51,275 nucleotides of DNA from a virus (Duplodnaviria; Caudoviricetes), in IMG/VR virus record IMGVR_UViG_3300030107_006445, positions 1 through 51,275 of that record; one strand, given 5' to 3'. Position numbers and translations under genes: made by a program. Below, piece by piece: positions 27,428-36,975 of the stretch (its first letter is position 1; each line of letters begins with the position of its first letter). Below the pieces are notes generated by a model that ran no database searches, was not told the origin of the DNA, and was given only the letters and a program-made list of their open reading frames with translations.

Positions 27428-28884
27428 GACACGTTCAAATAATACTTGGACCTCCAGGAACAGGCAAAACAACAACGTTGTTAAGACGAGTTGAAGATGC
27501 ACTCGCAAGAGGTGTGCCCCCAGAACGTATTGCCTATCTAGCATTCACACGCAAAGCAGCACACGAAGCTCAAGAACGTGCCATGGCACAATTTAATTTT
27601 AACGAGGACAGGTTTCCATATTTTAGAACGTTACACTCGTTGGCATTCAAAGAGCTTGGATTGCAACGTGACGAAGTGATGACTGACAAACATTACCGAC
27701 AACTTGGAAAAACGATCGGTGTAGAGTTTAGAGGAATTTATGATGACAACATAGGCATTCACACTGGTGATGGACTGGGTGACAAATGCTCAAGGATAGA
27801 TTCACTCGCAAGAGTTGGATTAAGAGACATCGAGCAACAATACCAAATGACAGACATTTCTGATTTAACACTGCACGCTGTCAAGCAATACAAATCGTCA
27901 CTACAACAGTACAAGCAACAAAATGGACTCTTTGACTTTACGGACATGTTAAAAAATTGCAACTCGCAATTACCAGTAGACATCTGCATCATAGACGAAG
28001 CCCAAGACCTATCTTCATTGCAATACAGAATGGCAATACAAGCAGCTTCATTGGCGAATGAAGTGTATATAGCAGGAGACGACGACCAAGCTATATTCGG
28101 TTGGGCAGGAGCAGACGTGCAAAAGTTTTTAAGTTTGAAAGGTGACAAGATGGTGTTGCCTCAGTCTTATCGTATACCAAGATCAGTTCACACCATAGCA
28201 CAAAACGTTGTGAGCAGGATAAAGAAAAGATATGAAAAGCCATGGGCACCAAGAACTGAAAAAGGAATTGTAGACTATGTTGTCAATGAGCAAGAAATAG
28301 ATTTTAGCAGGGAAGGTTCTTGGATGTTGTTGAGCAGAAGTAAGTATTTATTGTTCAGGTTAATTCGTGCTGTAAGACAGCAGGGATATGCTTATCTGTT
28401 CAATGGAACAAACTCTTTAGATTCAGAAGAAACAAAAGCAATCCTTTGTTGGGAGAAATTAAGGAAAGGCAAAGAAGCAGCTAGACACGAAATCAAAAAC
28501 ATGATACAATTCATTCCTGCCAAAATAAATTTAAGAAAAAAAGACTCTTACCAAATTAAAGATTTGGGATTGCCAGAAGATGTTAAACATTTAGACTGGA
28601 TGGAAATTTTAAAAAGCATCGCTCCTGATGAGCGCGAGTATGTTAGGTCTTGCTTGCGCAATGGAGAGAAAATGAACGAGAAACCTAGAATCACAATCTC
28701 GACAATTCACCAAAGCAAAGGTGGCGAAGCTGACAATCTTGTTTTGCTTACTGACATGAGTCGACAAAGTTGGGAGCACATTGCGGATGATGAAGAAAAC
28801 AGAGTCTGGTATGTGGCTGTCACAAGAGCCAAAGAGGCACTTTTTATAGTTAGACCAAGAGGTCTAAGGTATTTTTCTTTGTAA
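27424..28884 (+). CDS. UvrD/Rep SF1 helicase
   Basis: GPPGTGKTT, DEAQD, GDDDQAI, QSYR, TIHQSKGGE, YVAVTRA. Confidence 0.93.
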   Translation: MRHVQIILGPPGTGKTTTLLRRVEDALARGVPPERIAYLAFTRKAAHEAQERAMAQFNFNEDRFPYFRTLHSLAFKELGLQRDEVMTDKHYRQLGKTIGVEFRGIYDDNIGIHTGDGLGDKCSRIDSLARVGLRDIEQQYQMTDISDLTLHAVKQYKSSLQQYKQQNGLFDFTDMLKNCNSQLPVDICIIDEAQDLSSLQYRMAIQAASLANEVYIAGDDDQAIFGWAGADVQKFLSLKGDKMVLPQSYRIPRSVHTIAQNVVSRIKKRYEKPWAPRTEKGIVDYVVNEQEIDFSREGSWMLLSRSKYLLFRLIRAVRQQGYAYLFNGTNSLDSEETKAILCWEKLRKGKEAARHEIKNMIQFIPAKINLRKKDSYQIKDLGLPEDVKHLDWMEILKSIAPDEREYVRSCLRNGEKMNEKPRITISTIHQSKGGEADNLVLLTDMSRQSWEHIADDEENRVWYVAVTRAKEALFIVRPRGLRYFSL

Positions 28885-28913
28885 CTGGCTGTTTTTAAAG
28901 GTGAAAATAATAC

Positions 28914-28969
28914 TTTACTTCTTGTCAACGATAAGAGATAATATACTCGTTGGTTAATTTTAGAAAGGA
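28914..28969 (+). promoter_or_regulatory. Repeated phage promoter + RBS
   Basis: TTTACT-17-GATAAT ... AGAAAGGA. Confidence 0.75.
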
Positions 28970-28976
28970 AAAGATT

Positions 28977-29267
28977 ATGATCAAAGTGTGCAACGACATA
29001 AAGATAGTTACGATACAAAGACAGACCCTAGAGATGTATCGAGTTTTTGGCACCATAAAAAATTTGCCTGACTCTATTGATGGCATCACGGTTGCTTATG
29101 ACAGCTATGGAAAAATTATAGATTGGGAAGCGTACGACTCTGAAGACAACGAGTTGGGATTTGCGTTTGCTTATTATGAAGATCTGAAATTTATTATGGA
29201 AGACGCTTACACCAAAGCAGTCGAAGAAAAGATCGTTGGTGGAATTGGTTCTTTGTATACCTATTAA
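28977..29267 (+). CDS. Hypothetical protein
   Basis: ATG 28977 after RBS. Confidence 0.6.
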   Translation: MIKVCNDIKIVTIQRQTLEMYRVFGTIKNLPDSIDGITVAYDSYGKIIDWEAYDSEDNELGFAFAYYEDLKFIMEDAYTKAVEEKIVGGIGSLYTY

Positions 29268-29297
29268 CATTTTTCAAAACTGAGAAAGGAGAAAATT

Positions 29298-29645
29298 ATG
29301 AACCCAGAAGAACTTTACAACAAAGCTCACGCAGCAGGCATGGAAGCATTAACCAACGCAACCCCAGAGCCAATGCTTATAGTAGACTCAAGAAACAAAG
29401 AGCACATCGTGGTAAAAAGTGGTGTGTGCGGATTCGCTTATGTTCACATCCATCCAGCAAGAGGCAAATTTGTCAATTTCCTCAAGAAGCGAAAAATAGG
29501 ATATCGCTCTCATGAGGGTGGATACTCTGTCCCCTGTCACCAAGGCAATCAAAGCATGGAACTCAAACAAGCCTACTCCCAAGCATTCGCCAAAGTCTTG
29601 AAAGAGCAAGGTCTTACAGTTTACACAAGCAGCCGGATGGACTAA
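29298..29645 (+). CDS. Conserved phage hypothetical protein
   Basis: GVCGFAYV, QSMELK..Y..AFA, SRMD; strong RBS. Confidence 0.7.
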   Translation: MNPEELYNKAHAAGMEALTNATPEPMLIVDSRNKEHIVVKSGVCGFAYVHIHPARGKFVNFLKKRKIGYRSHEGGYSVPCHQGNQSMELKQAYSQAFAKVLKEQGLTVYTSSRMD

Positions 29646-29663
29646 TAAAAGGAGTTGTATTAA

Positions 29664-29918
29664 ATGTTGTACAAAATATACTTGTATAGAACGACGCATC
29701 ACGAAACCGAAGTGTTCATCAAAGTAGACGGTGAACTTACTCAGTCGCAAATTGCAATTGCCGCCGACAAGATGGGGAATCTAGAAGACCTAGCAGAACG
29801 GCACAGCGAGCACGAAGAAGAGCGAACAACCAATTGGCAATGGTCTGGAAAGATTCACGACGCAGAAGAAGGAGAAAAGCCTCTCTGTCCTTTTGTTTTG
29901 TCCGCCGACGAAGAATAG
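29664..29918 (+). CDS. Acidic hypothetical protein
   Basis: AAGGAG RBS; 84 aa. Confidence 0.55.
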   Translation: MLYKIYLYRTTHHETEVFIKVDGELTQSQIAIAADKMGNLEDLAERHSEHEEERTTNWQWSGKIHDAEEGEKPLCPFVLSADEE

Positions 29919-30147
29919 GAGACCTGCTTTGACAAAAGCTAAAGAACAATTGATGCTGAATTATTTGTATCAGTCTTTGGACTCTATGTTACTGTTGACT
30001 AAAAAAATACCCAGATCCCAGTGCCCTGAAAAAGTCCAAGCTGCAATGATGGCGTTGCTCCAAGCAATAATTGAGCTTGAGCCGGAGGAGGACTTGGAGA
30101 ATGTAATTCAATTTCCCAACAAGAAAAATTTAAGGAAAAAGCATTGA
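29893..30147 (+). CDS. Hypothetical protein (start uncertain)
   Basis: Ends with NVIQFP; overlaps the next start. Confidence 0.5.
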   Translation: MFCPPTKNRRPALTKAKEQLMLNYLYQSLDSMLLLTKKIPRSQCPEKVQAAMMALLQAIIELEPEEDLENVIQFPNKKNLRKKH

Positions 30148-31082
30148 TCAAAATATATGGCGCAGGTCTTGCTGGCTTATTATCAGCAAACATTTTGCGA
30201 AAGCACAACCCAATAATATATGAAGTGCAGTCTAGCCTTCCAAACAATCACGCTGCACTCCTACGCTTTCGAACTGATAAGGTTGGTACATCTTGCGCCA
30301 TACCTTTTAAAAAAGTGAAGGTGTCCAAAGCAATAAAGTACGACCAAGAAATTTACACACAGCCAAATCTTTTCCTCAGCAATCTATATTCTCAAAAAGT
30401 AACCTCTGCTATCTTGTCTCGGTCTATAGACAATCTTGATTCTACAGAACGTTATATCGCACCAGAGAACTTAGTAAGCAGCATGGCCAATGGTTGCGAG
30501 ATTATCTACGAGCAAGGTCTTGCGGATTGGAACCTATTAGATGGGTCTCCTAAAATATCAACCATCCCAATGCCAACGCTGATGAAAATAGTTGGCTGGC
30601 AGGATGTGCCAGAATTTCCAAGCACTCCAATCTATACCCAAAAAGCAACCATACAAGATATTGAGTGCGACATTTACCAGACCATTTATTATCCCGACCC
30701 AATGGAAAGCTATTATAGAGTTTCAATAATAGGAAACGTCGTTATATCAGAACACATCCAAGAACCAGAAAATTATATTGGCGACCACATAATGTCTGTC
30801 CTAAGAGAGGACTTCGGCATCAAACCAACCAAGTTGGATAATCTGAAAAGCTCAGCTCAAAAATATGGAAAAATAAGGCCAATCAATGAAGAGCTGAGGA
30901 AAGAGTTTATCTATGAAATGACAAGCAAATACAGAATTTATTCTGTTGGGAGATTTGCTACTTGGAGGCAGTTGCTACTTGATGATGTTGTGGAAGACAT
31001 AGGCATTGTTGAAAAATTTATTTATAACCAAGACGACTACAAACGAAAAATGCACTCAGAAAGGAGTCAAGATGAAAGTTGA
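30144..31082 (+). CDS. FAD/NAD(P)-binding oxidoreductase-like protein
   Basis: N-terminal IYGAGLAGL Rossmann motif; STIPM; C-terminal GRFATW. Confidence 0.75.
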   Translation: MIKIYGAGLAGLLSANILRKHNPIIYEVQSSLPNNHAALLRFRTDKVGTSCAIPFKKVKVSKAIKYDQEIYTQPNLFLSNLYSQKVTSAILSRSIDNLDSTERYIAPENLVSSMANGCEIIYEQGLADWNLLDGSPKISTIPMPTLMKIVGWQDVPEFPSTPIYTQKATIQDIECDIYQTIYYPDPMESYYRVSIIGNVVISEHIQEPENYIGDHIMSVLREDFGIKPTKLDNLKSSAQKYGKIRPINEELRKEFIYEMTSKYRIYSVGRFATWRQLLLDDVVEDIGIVEKFIYNQDDYKRKMHSERSQDES

Positions 31083-31725
31083 ACTAATATCCTACACACC
31101 AGACGCAGTTAATGTTTTGCTGTTTACAAAAAACACTCGTCTTATGGACGATGATGATGCGTATGAAAAAATCAAAAATTGGACTCAAGAAGAAAAGCAA
31201 GGAGAACTGGACTACATGCTGAACACCATCCGTTCTTCTTGGGAGTTTATTGATTATGTTTTCAACATCAGAGAGGTGACCAGAGGATTCACCCATCAAT
31301 TCGTTAGAACTCGGCAAGGCTCCTACGCTCAACAATCACAGCGTACAGTAGACATGACTGGGTTTGATTATTATGTCCCAGAGCGCATTTCCAAAGATCA
31401 AAGTGCGCTTGCAGTTTATGAAGATGGAATGGACATTATAAATGAGCATTACCAGCGTCTGAGGACTGAGTTTAATATTCCGGCTGAGGATGCTCGTGGA
31501 TTATTACCGACCAATATCCACACCAACATCGTCGCCAAATTCAATCTCAGAACGTTAAGTGAAATGGCAAAATCAAGACTAAGCCCAAGAGCCCAAGGGG
31601 AATACCAAGAAGTATTCAAGCTCATGAAAAAACGAGTTGAGGAAGTGCACCCATGGGCAGAGCCATTTTTAACACCAACCGAGTGGGCAGCACCTAGCAT
31701 GAGCAAACCATTAAACCCAAAATGA
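31072..31725 (+). CDS. thyX: ThyX-like flavin-dependent thymidylate synthase (RTR variant)
   Basis: HQFVRTRQGSYAQQSQR, EDARGLLP, NLR, R..PRAQGE; start set at ATG 31072 by RBS. Confidence 0.8.
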   Translation: MKVELISYTPDAVNVLLFTKNTRLMDDDDAYEKIKNWTQEEKQGELDYMLNTIRSSWEFIDYVFNIREVTRGFTHQFVRTRQGSYAQQSQRTVDMTGFDYYVPERISKDQSALAVYEDGMDIINEHYQRLRTEFNIPAEDARGLLPTNIHTNIVAKFNLRTLSEMAKSRLSPRAQGEYQEVFKLMKKRVEEVHPWAEPFLTPTEWAAPSMSKPLNPK

Positions 31726-31773
31726 TTTAATTTCTGGGTAGAATAAGATATAATAAACACAATTGAGAAAGGA
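31726..31773 (+). promoter_or_regulatory. Repeated phage promoter + RBS (variant -35)
   Basis: TTTAAT-17-TATAAT ... AGAAAGGA. Confidence 0.65.
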
Positions 31774-31779
31774 TTTATT

Positions 31780-32253
31780 ATGAATATATTTGCATTACAA
31801 ACAGACCCATATTATGCGGCAATAGATCACCACGACAAGCATGTCGTCAAGATGATTCTGGAAACTGCCCAGATGCTATGTACCAACTGTCATCACTTAG
31901 ACATACAAGCTCCTTACAAGCCAGTCATGCTTAACCATCCTTGCACTGTTTGGGCTAGGAAAACGAGTACAAATTTCAAATGGCTCATAGACTTGGGCAT
32001 TGCTCTGTGCAGAGAATACGAGCACCGATACAAAAGAGTCCACAAGTCATTCGCAGTCATAAAACACGTCATGGCAAGCCCAGCAGCAATCTTATTGCCG
32101 GAAGGTGAGCTGACCAAATTTGCTGAAGCTATGCCAGACCATTACAAGCATCCTTCTGACCCTATACAGTCGTATCGGAATTATTACATAGGTGAAAAAG
32201 TCCAACAATCTAAGTGGACCAATCGCGAGGTGCCGTCTTGGATAGCCGAATAA
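31780..32253 (+). CDS. Pyrimidine-dimer DNA glycosylase/endonuclease V-like protein
   Basis: MNIF..DKHVVKMILETAQML, NHPCTVWAR, EY..RY...HKS, AMPD. Confidence 0.7.
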   Translation: MNIFALQTDPYYAAIDHHDKHVVKMILETAQMLCTNCHHLDIQAPYKPVMLNHPCTVWARKTSTNFKWLIDLGIALCREYEHRYKRVHKSFAVIKHVMASPAAILLPEGELTKFAEAMPDHYKHPSDPIQSYRNYYIGEKVQQSKWTNREVPSWIAE

Positions 32254-32675
32254 TAATAACGGATCTTGATGGAACAATATCAGACTACACTCACAGGCAG
32301 TATTTTTACAGCCAGAAAATGTATGACAAATTCAACAGCATGGCAGCAGGGGATGTCGCCATAGAAGAAGTCTGTAACATATTGCGTAGGCTTAAAGATG
32401 ATGAGACTGATATTTATGTGTTAACTGCTCGGGAGGAAATTTACAGACAATTGACCAAAGACTGGCTTAACCTGTACGACGTGCCTTTTGACAAACTTCT
32501 GATGAGGAAAAAAGGTGATAACAGGTCTGATGCCAAAATAAAATTGGAACTGTACGAGGAAAACATACCAGAACCAGCCAACGTTTGGTTCGTTCTGGAA
32601 GACAGGAGCGTCTGTGTAAGCATGTGGAGAAAAATAGGGCTGAAATGCCTTCAAGTAGCAGACGGAGGATATTGA
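32238..32675 (+). CDS. HAD phosphatase (T4 PNK 3'-phosphatase-like)
   Basis: DLDGT, LTAR, LLMR..GDNRSD, EDR; TTG start chosen from GAGGTG RBS. Confidence 0.85.
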   Translation: MDSRIIITDLDGTISDYTHRQYFYSQKMYDKFNSMAAGDVAIEEVCNILRRLKDDETDIYVLTAREEIYRQLTKDWLNLYDVPFDKLLMRKKGDNRSDAKIKLELYEENIPEPANVWFVLEDRSVCVSMWRKIGLKCLQVADGGY

Positions 32676-32678
32676 TGC

Positions 32679-32888
32679 ATGAAATTTAAGATTATAGGCA
32701 ATGATTTGATTTTTGAAACTCGAAAAGTAGCAAGGATATTTGATTTAGACGATCGCACCATGCAAAGATTTAAATCAGCCATAGAAAGCACTTCTATTAC
32801 TGACGGCGAAATTTATTACAACGCATATAAGAAAGGATATGAAGATGGAACCAATCGAGCTAATGAAAGAGGCAATGAAGACCTTTGA
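32679..32888 (+). CDS. Hypothetical protein
   Basis: 69 aa; GGAGG RBS. Confidence 0.5.
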   Translation: MKFKIIGNDLIFETRKVARIFDLDDRTMQRFKSAIESTSITDGEIYYNAYKKGYEDGTNRANERGNEDL

Positions 32889-33150
32889 AGAAAGAGACCA
32901 GATGTATGGAAAAACTTATCTGGAATATGGGCTTTTCATGAAACAACTGTTTCCTTCTGGGATAGAGTTAAAGTCTGTTGACGATTTCTGCAGGATGGGA
33001 GTCCTGAACATGGTTATTAGCAAAATTTTACGCTATGCCAATAATTGGGACGAACCTCACAAAGATTCGATTCATGACTTGGGAGTTTATGCATTTATAT
33101 TGGAGTCAATCGATGATAATATTCGATCTAGAAACGACAGGACTTCCTAA
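32845..33150 (+). CDS. All-alpha nucleotide pyrophosphohydrolase-like protein (DUF6378/MazG-type)
   Basis: ER...YG, K..RY, H.DS..DL..YA pattern. Confidence 0.55.
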   Translation: MEPIELMKEAMKTFEERDQMYGKTYLEYGLFMKQLFPSGIELKSVDDFCRMGVLNMVISKILRYANNWDEPHKDSIHDLGVYAFILESIDDNIRSRNDRTS

Positions 33151-33649
33151 AGCAGAAGGCAGCGATCTAATTCTTCAGCCAAAGATAATAGAATTTGGAG
33201 CAATAAAGCTGGACGAGAATCTGGTGGAGAAAGACAAGCTGGAATTCTTTGTTAATCCTGGAGCAGATCTCGATCCCAAGATAATAAAAATAACAGGCAT
33301 AACAGACGACATGCTCAAAGACGAAAAGCCATTCATAGCATATTACAAAAAATTGGCTGGATGGTTCTGCGGAGAAAAAACTTTGGTGGCTCACAATTTA
33401 CCATTTGACCGCAAAATTTTAAGATTTGAATTAGAACGTCATGACAAGCTGACAAAGTTCCCATGGCCATATGAGCATCTGTGCACTGTGGAGATAGGAG
33501 AGTCGGTTTGGGGTAAGAAAAGAAAGCTCGGTGAAATATATTCAGAAGTCACAGGCAAAGAGCACAAAGGTGCGCATCGCTCCATAGCCGACGTCAGAGC
33601 AACCGCAGAAATTCTAAGATGGTACAAATCCGAAGGACATTATGCTTAA
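33113..33649 (+). CDS. dnaQ: DEDDh 3'-5' exonuclease (Pol III epsilon-like)
   Basis: FDLETTG, HNLPFD, AHRSIAD. Confidence 0.9.
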   Translation: MIIFDLETTGLPKAEGSDLILQPKIIEFGAIKLDENLVEKDKLEFFVNPGADLDPKIIKITGITDDMLKDEKPFIAYYKKLAGWFCGEKTLVAHNLPFDRKILRFELERHDKLTKFPWPYEHLCTVEIGESVWGKKRKLGEIYSEVTGKEHKGAHRSIADVRATAEILRWYKSEGHYA

Positions 33650-36449
33650 CATAAAACTCAGAACAGAATATTCATTCCGGAAAGCATACGGTGCAATAGA
33701 CGCTGTGGTAAAAACTTCTGGTGATTCGTTGGGGATCTGTGATGCTGGGACTTGGGGGCACGTGGCATTTAACAAGGTCTGTAGGCAAAACGGGAAAAAG
33801 CCACTCTTCGGGACAGAAATTGCTGTTGTTCAGGATCCAACTGATCGGTCTAAGCAACCAGTTAATATGATGAGCTTTATTGCTAGAAATAATGAAGGTC
33901 TGAAAGAAATTTACGAGCTAGTCACAACCTCAACCTCTAAAGAGCACTTTTATTATTTCCCTAGGCTCGGGTATGAGAATCTTTTTGACCTAAGTGGGAA
34001 CATTATAATCCTCAGCGGATCAACTCCTGATTGGGGGATGCTTCCTTTAGCCAGAAAAGACAACTTGTATATAGAGATGAATCCAACCAGCACAAGAAAA
34101 GCATTAGAGTTTTGTGAACGAAAGGGATTTCAGCCAGTCGCCACATCAGACAATTATTATCCTTGTGTGGGCGACAAAAAAGCATACGAGGTTCTAATAG
34201 GCAGGAACCGAACAGAACGTTCTTCTTCAATGCACATATTAAATGAGTGGGAATATAAAGAACAAGTCCCTTGGGCACCAGAAGAAGCAATTCAAAACAC
34301 CTACAAAATAGCAGAACAATGCGAGGTGGATTTGCCACAGGCACAAATGGTCTCTTTTCAATCTGACGAAAGTTTAGAAGAGATGTGTATAAGAGGAGCA
34401 AAGGACAAAAGCATAGACTTAACTGACCCAGTCTACAAAAACCGCTTAAAACGTGAATTAGACATGATAGAGCACAAAAATTTTGAGGACTACTTCTATG
34501 TCATAACTGATATGGTAAAATATGCCAAAAAACACATGCTCGTCGGACCAGCAAGAGGATCTTCGGCAGGATCGTTGGTTTGTTATTTGCTAGACATAAC
34601 AGATATTGATCCGATGCCGTATGACTTATTGTTTGAACGGTTTATCGACATCACTCGTGCAGACTTACCAGATATTGATATTGACTTCCCAGACGACAGG
34701 CGAGAAATGGTCTTTGATTATTTAAGAGAGAAATACGGTTCTGAGAAAGTTGCGCACCTAGGAACCGTTTCACGCTACAAAGCCAAAAGCGCAATCACAG
34801 AAGTTGCCAAAGAACTGGCAATACCAATGTGGGAAGTAAACGATCTCAAAGGAGCGATCATAGAACGGTCTTCTGGGGATGCTCGTGCAGCCATGTGCAT
34901 CATGGACACCTTTAATGATCTGGAAATAGGGAAAAAAGTTCTGGAAAAATATCCCCAGATGAAAGTTGCAGCAGACATGGAGAATCACGCTCGCCACAAT
35001 GGCGTTCATGCAGCAGGCATAATTGTGACCGAAGAGCCTGTTCACAAATACTGCTCCGTCAGCCATCAAAGTGGTGCAGCACAAATCGACAAAAAGGACG
35101 CAGAAGACCTTAACCTGTTAAAGATTGATGCGTTGGGGCTGAGGACGCTTTCTGTTTTGCAAGACGTTCTAGACCAAGTAGGATGGGAAAGAAAGCAGTT
35201 GGTCAATTACCCACTAGACGACGAAGAAGCATTTAAAATACTGAATGATGAAAAGTATGCAGGCATTTTTCAGTTTGAAGGTTATGCGTTGCAGTCTTTG
35301 ACTAGGCAGATGAAAATAAACAATTTCGAAGACATTGCTTCCATAACTGCTTTAGCTCGTCCCGGACCACTCAACTCCGGAGGCACAACCCAGTACATAA
35401 AAAGAAGAACAGGGGAGGCTCCTGTTGAGTATATGCATCCCATGACTGAAAAGCTAACGGAAATAACCAAAGGTGTTGTAGTCTACCAAGAGCAAGTTAT
35501 GACCATCGGTAGAGAGGTTGGGAATCTGAGTTGGGAAGACGTTTCTTCATTGCGGAAAGCAATGAGTAAGTCTCTTGGGCAAGAATTTTTCGACCAATAT
35601 TGGGAGAAGTTTAAAGTTGGAGCGAAGCAAAACAACATTGCCGAAGATGAAGCAAAACTAATCTGGGACAACATCAACACAATGGGCTCATGGGCATTTA
35701 ACCGCAGCCACGCTGTTTCTTATGGACTGGTTAGTTATTGGTGCTGTGTTTTAAAATCTAAGTTCCCATTAGAGTTTGCTGCTGCTTGTTTGCGCAACGT
35801 CAGAGACGACGAGCAAGGTGTGAGGCTGTTAAGAGAAGTTGTTAACGAGGGTCTTGGCTACAAACCATACGACAAACATAAGTCGCAAAAAAATTGGTCT
35901 GTTCAAGACGGCGAGTTGATTGGTGGGCTGATGGGAATAAAAGGAATCGGACCAAAGATGTCAGACGACATACTTCAACGCAGAGAATTCAAGCAACCAT
36001 TAACCCCAAGACAAGAAAAATTATTGGATCACGGCGAGACTCCGTATGATGATATTTTTGAGTGTAGAAGAAGATTCGGGCACATAAAAGAAAATCCTGC
36101 TGAGCACAAAATCGGTTCCCCAATAATAGATATTGTTGAACTGGAAGCTGATAATGCAGGGACGTTTGTGTTCTTTGGGAAGCTGAAAGAGAAAAATTTA
36201 CGTGACATGAATGAAACGGTGAACTTGGCCAAGCGTGGTGGCAGGAAAGTGACGAGCAATAATCTTTGGCTGAACTTAACTTTTGAAGACGACACTGGCC
36301 CAATCATATCAACAATAGACCGATTCAAATACAACAAGCTCGGTAAACCCATTGTAGAAGAGAGCAAAATTGGTGATTGGTATTTGGTAAAAGGACAAAT
36401 CAAAAAAGGTTTCCGGAAAATATATGTGGAAAAGTTAAGAAAATTGTAA
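33642..36449 (+). CDS. dnaE: DNA polymerase III alpha subunit (family C)
   Basis: GPARGSSAGSLVCY, FERF, PDIDID, HAAG, KIDALGL, FNRSHAVSY. Confidence 0.95.
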   Translation: MLNIKLRTEYSFRKAYGAIDAVVKTSGDSLGICDAGTWGHVAFNKVCRQNGKKPLFGTEIAVVQDPTDRSKQPVNMMSFIARNNEGLKEIYELVTTSTSKEHFYYFPRLGYENLFDLSGNIIILSGSTPDWGMLPLARKDNLYIEMNPTSTRKALEFCERKGFQPVATSDNYYPCVGDKKAYEVLIGRNRTERSSSMHILNEWEYKEQVPWAPEEAIQNTYKIAEQCEVDLPQAQMVSFQSDESLEEMCIRGAKDKSIDLTDPVYKNRLKRELDMIEHKNFEDYFYVITDMVKYAKKHMLVGPARGSSAGSLVCYLLDITDIDPMPYDLLFERFIDITRADLPDIDIDFPDDRREMVFDYLREKYGSEKVAHLGTVSRYKAKSAITEVAKELAIPMWEVNDLKGAIIERSSGDARAAMCIMDTFNDLEIGKKVLEKYPQMKVAADMENHARHNGVHAAGIIVTEEPVHKYCSVSHQSGAAQIDKKDAEDLNLLKIDALGLRTLSVLQDVLDQVGWERKQLVNYPLDDEEAFKILNDEKYAGIFQFEGYALQSLTRQMKINNFEDIASITALARPGPLNSGGTTQYIKRRTGEAPVEYMHPMTEKLTEITKGVVVYQEQVMTIGREVGNLSWEDVSSLRKAMSKSLGQEFFDQYWEKFKVGAKQNNIAEDEAKLIWDNINTMGSWAFNRSHAVSYGLVSYWCCVLKSKFPLEFAAACLRNVRDDEQGVRLLREVVNEGLGYKPYDKHKSQKNWSVQDGELIGGLMGIKGIGPKMSDDILQRREFKQPLTPRQEKLLDHGETPYDDIFECRRRFGHIKENPAEHKIGSPIIDIVELEADNAGTFVFFGKLKEKNLRDMNETVNLAKRGGRKVTSNNLWLNLTFEDDTGPIISTIDRFKYNKLGKPIVEESKIGDWYLVKGQIKKGFRKIYVEKLRKL

Positions 36450-36457
36450 AATAATAC

Positions 36458-36513
36458 TTTACTTTTTTGGCCAGAAAGGAGATAATATACTCGTTATCGG
36501 AATTAAGAAAGGA
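36458..36513 (+). promoter_or_regulatory. Repeated phage promoter + RBS
   Basis: TTTACT-17-GATAAT ... AGAAAGGA. Confidence 0.75.
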
Positions 36514-36520
36514 AATTGAA

Positions 36521-36904
36521 ATGAGAAACTTACAGAAGAAGAAATGGGCGAAAGAATATAAAGAGCAAAAAACTACAGATGTTTACACTCCGACCGATCC
36601 AGAAGATGGCGATGCAGTTTGTCTCGGTAAACACTCACAATTGGAGGCTGATTTACAAAACCTGCACGAATTTATTTCAGAGCTTCAATGGACGTTAAAC
36701 AATAGCAAAAAAAGCAAATACGAGGTCGCGGAAGATCTAGAACACGCCCTAGCCGAGATAGAACAAATTAACTGGCTCAGCGGCGGCAACGTCAAAATGT
36801 TTCGCGAGCGGTGCGATTATACACGGAAATTCAAAGAAAATTGTGACTGTTGCAAATTAACCGAATTGTTTGAGGTCGGAGTCGGAATTGAGAAAGGAAG
36901 TTGA
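36521..36904 (+). CDS. Hypothetical protein, Cys cluster near C-terminus
   Basis: ATG 36521 after RBS; C..CDCC. Confidence 0.6.
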   Translation: MRNLQKKKWAKEYKEQKTTDVYTPTDPEDGDAVCLGKHSQLEADLQNLHEFISELQWTLNNSKKSKYEVAEDLEHALAEIEQINWLSGGNVKMFRERCDYTRKFKENCDCCKLTELFEVGVGIEKGS

Positions 36905-36912
36905 AATAACAC

Positions 36913-36968
36913 TTTACTTCTCTGGCCAAATAAGAGATAATATAATAGTAGTCAAAATTAAGAAAGGA
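36913..36968 (+). promoter_or_regulatory. Repeated phage promoter + RBS
   Basis: TTTACT-17-GATAAT ... AGAAAGGA. Confidence 0.78.
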
Positions 36969-36975
36969 AAAAATT

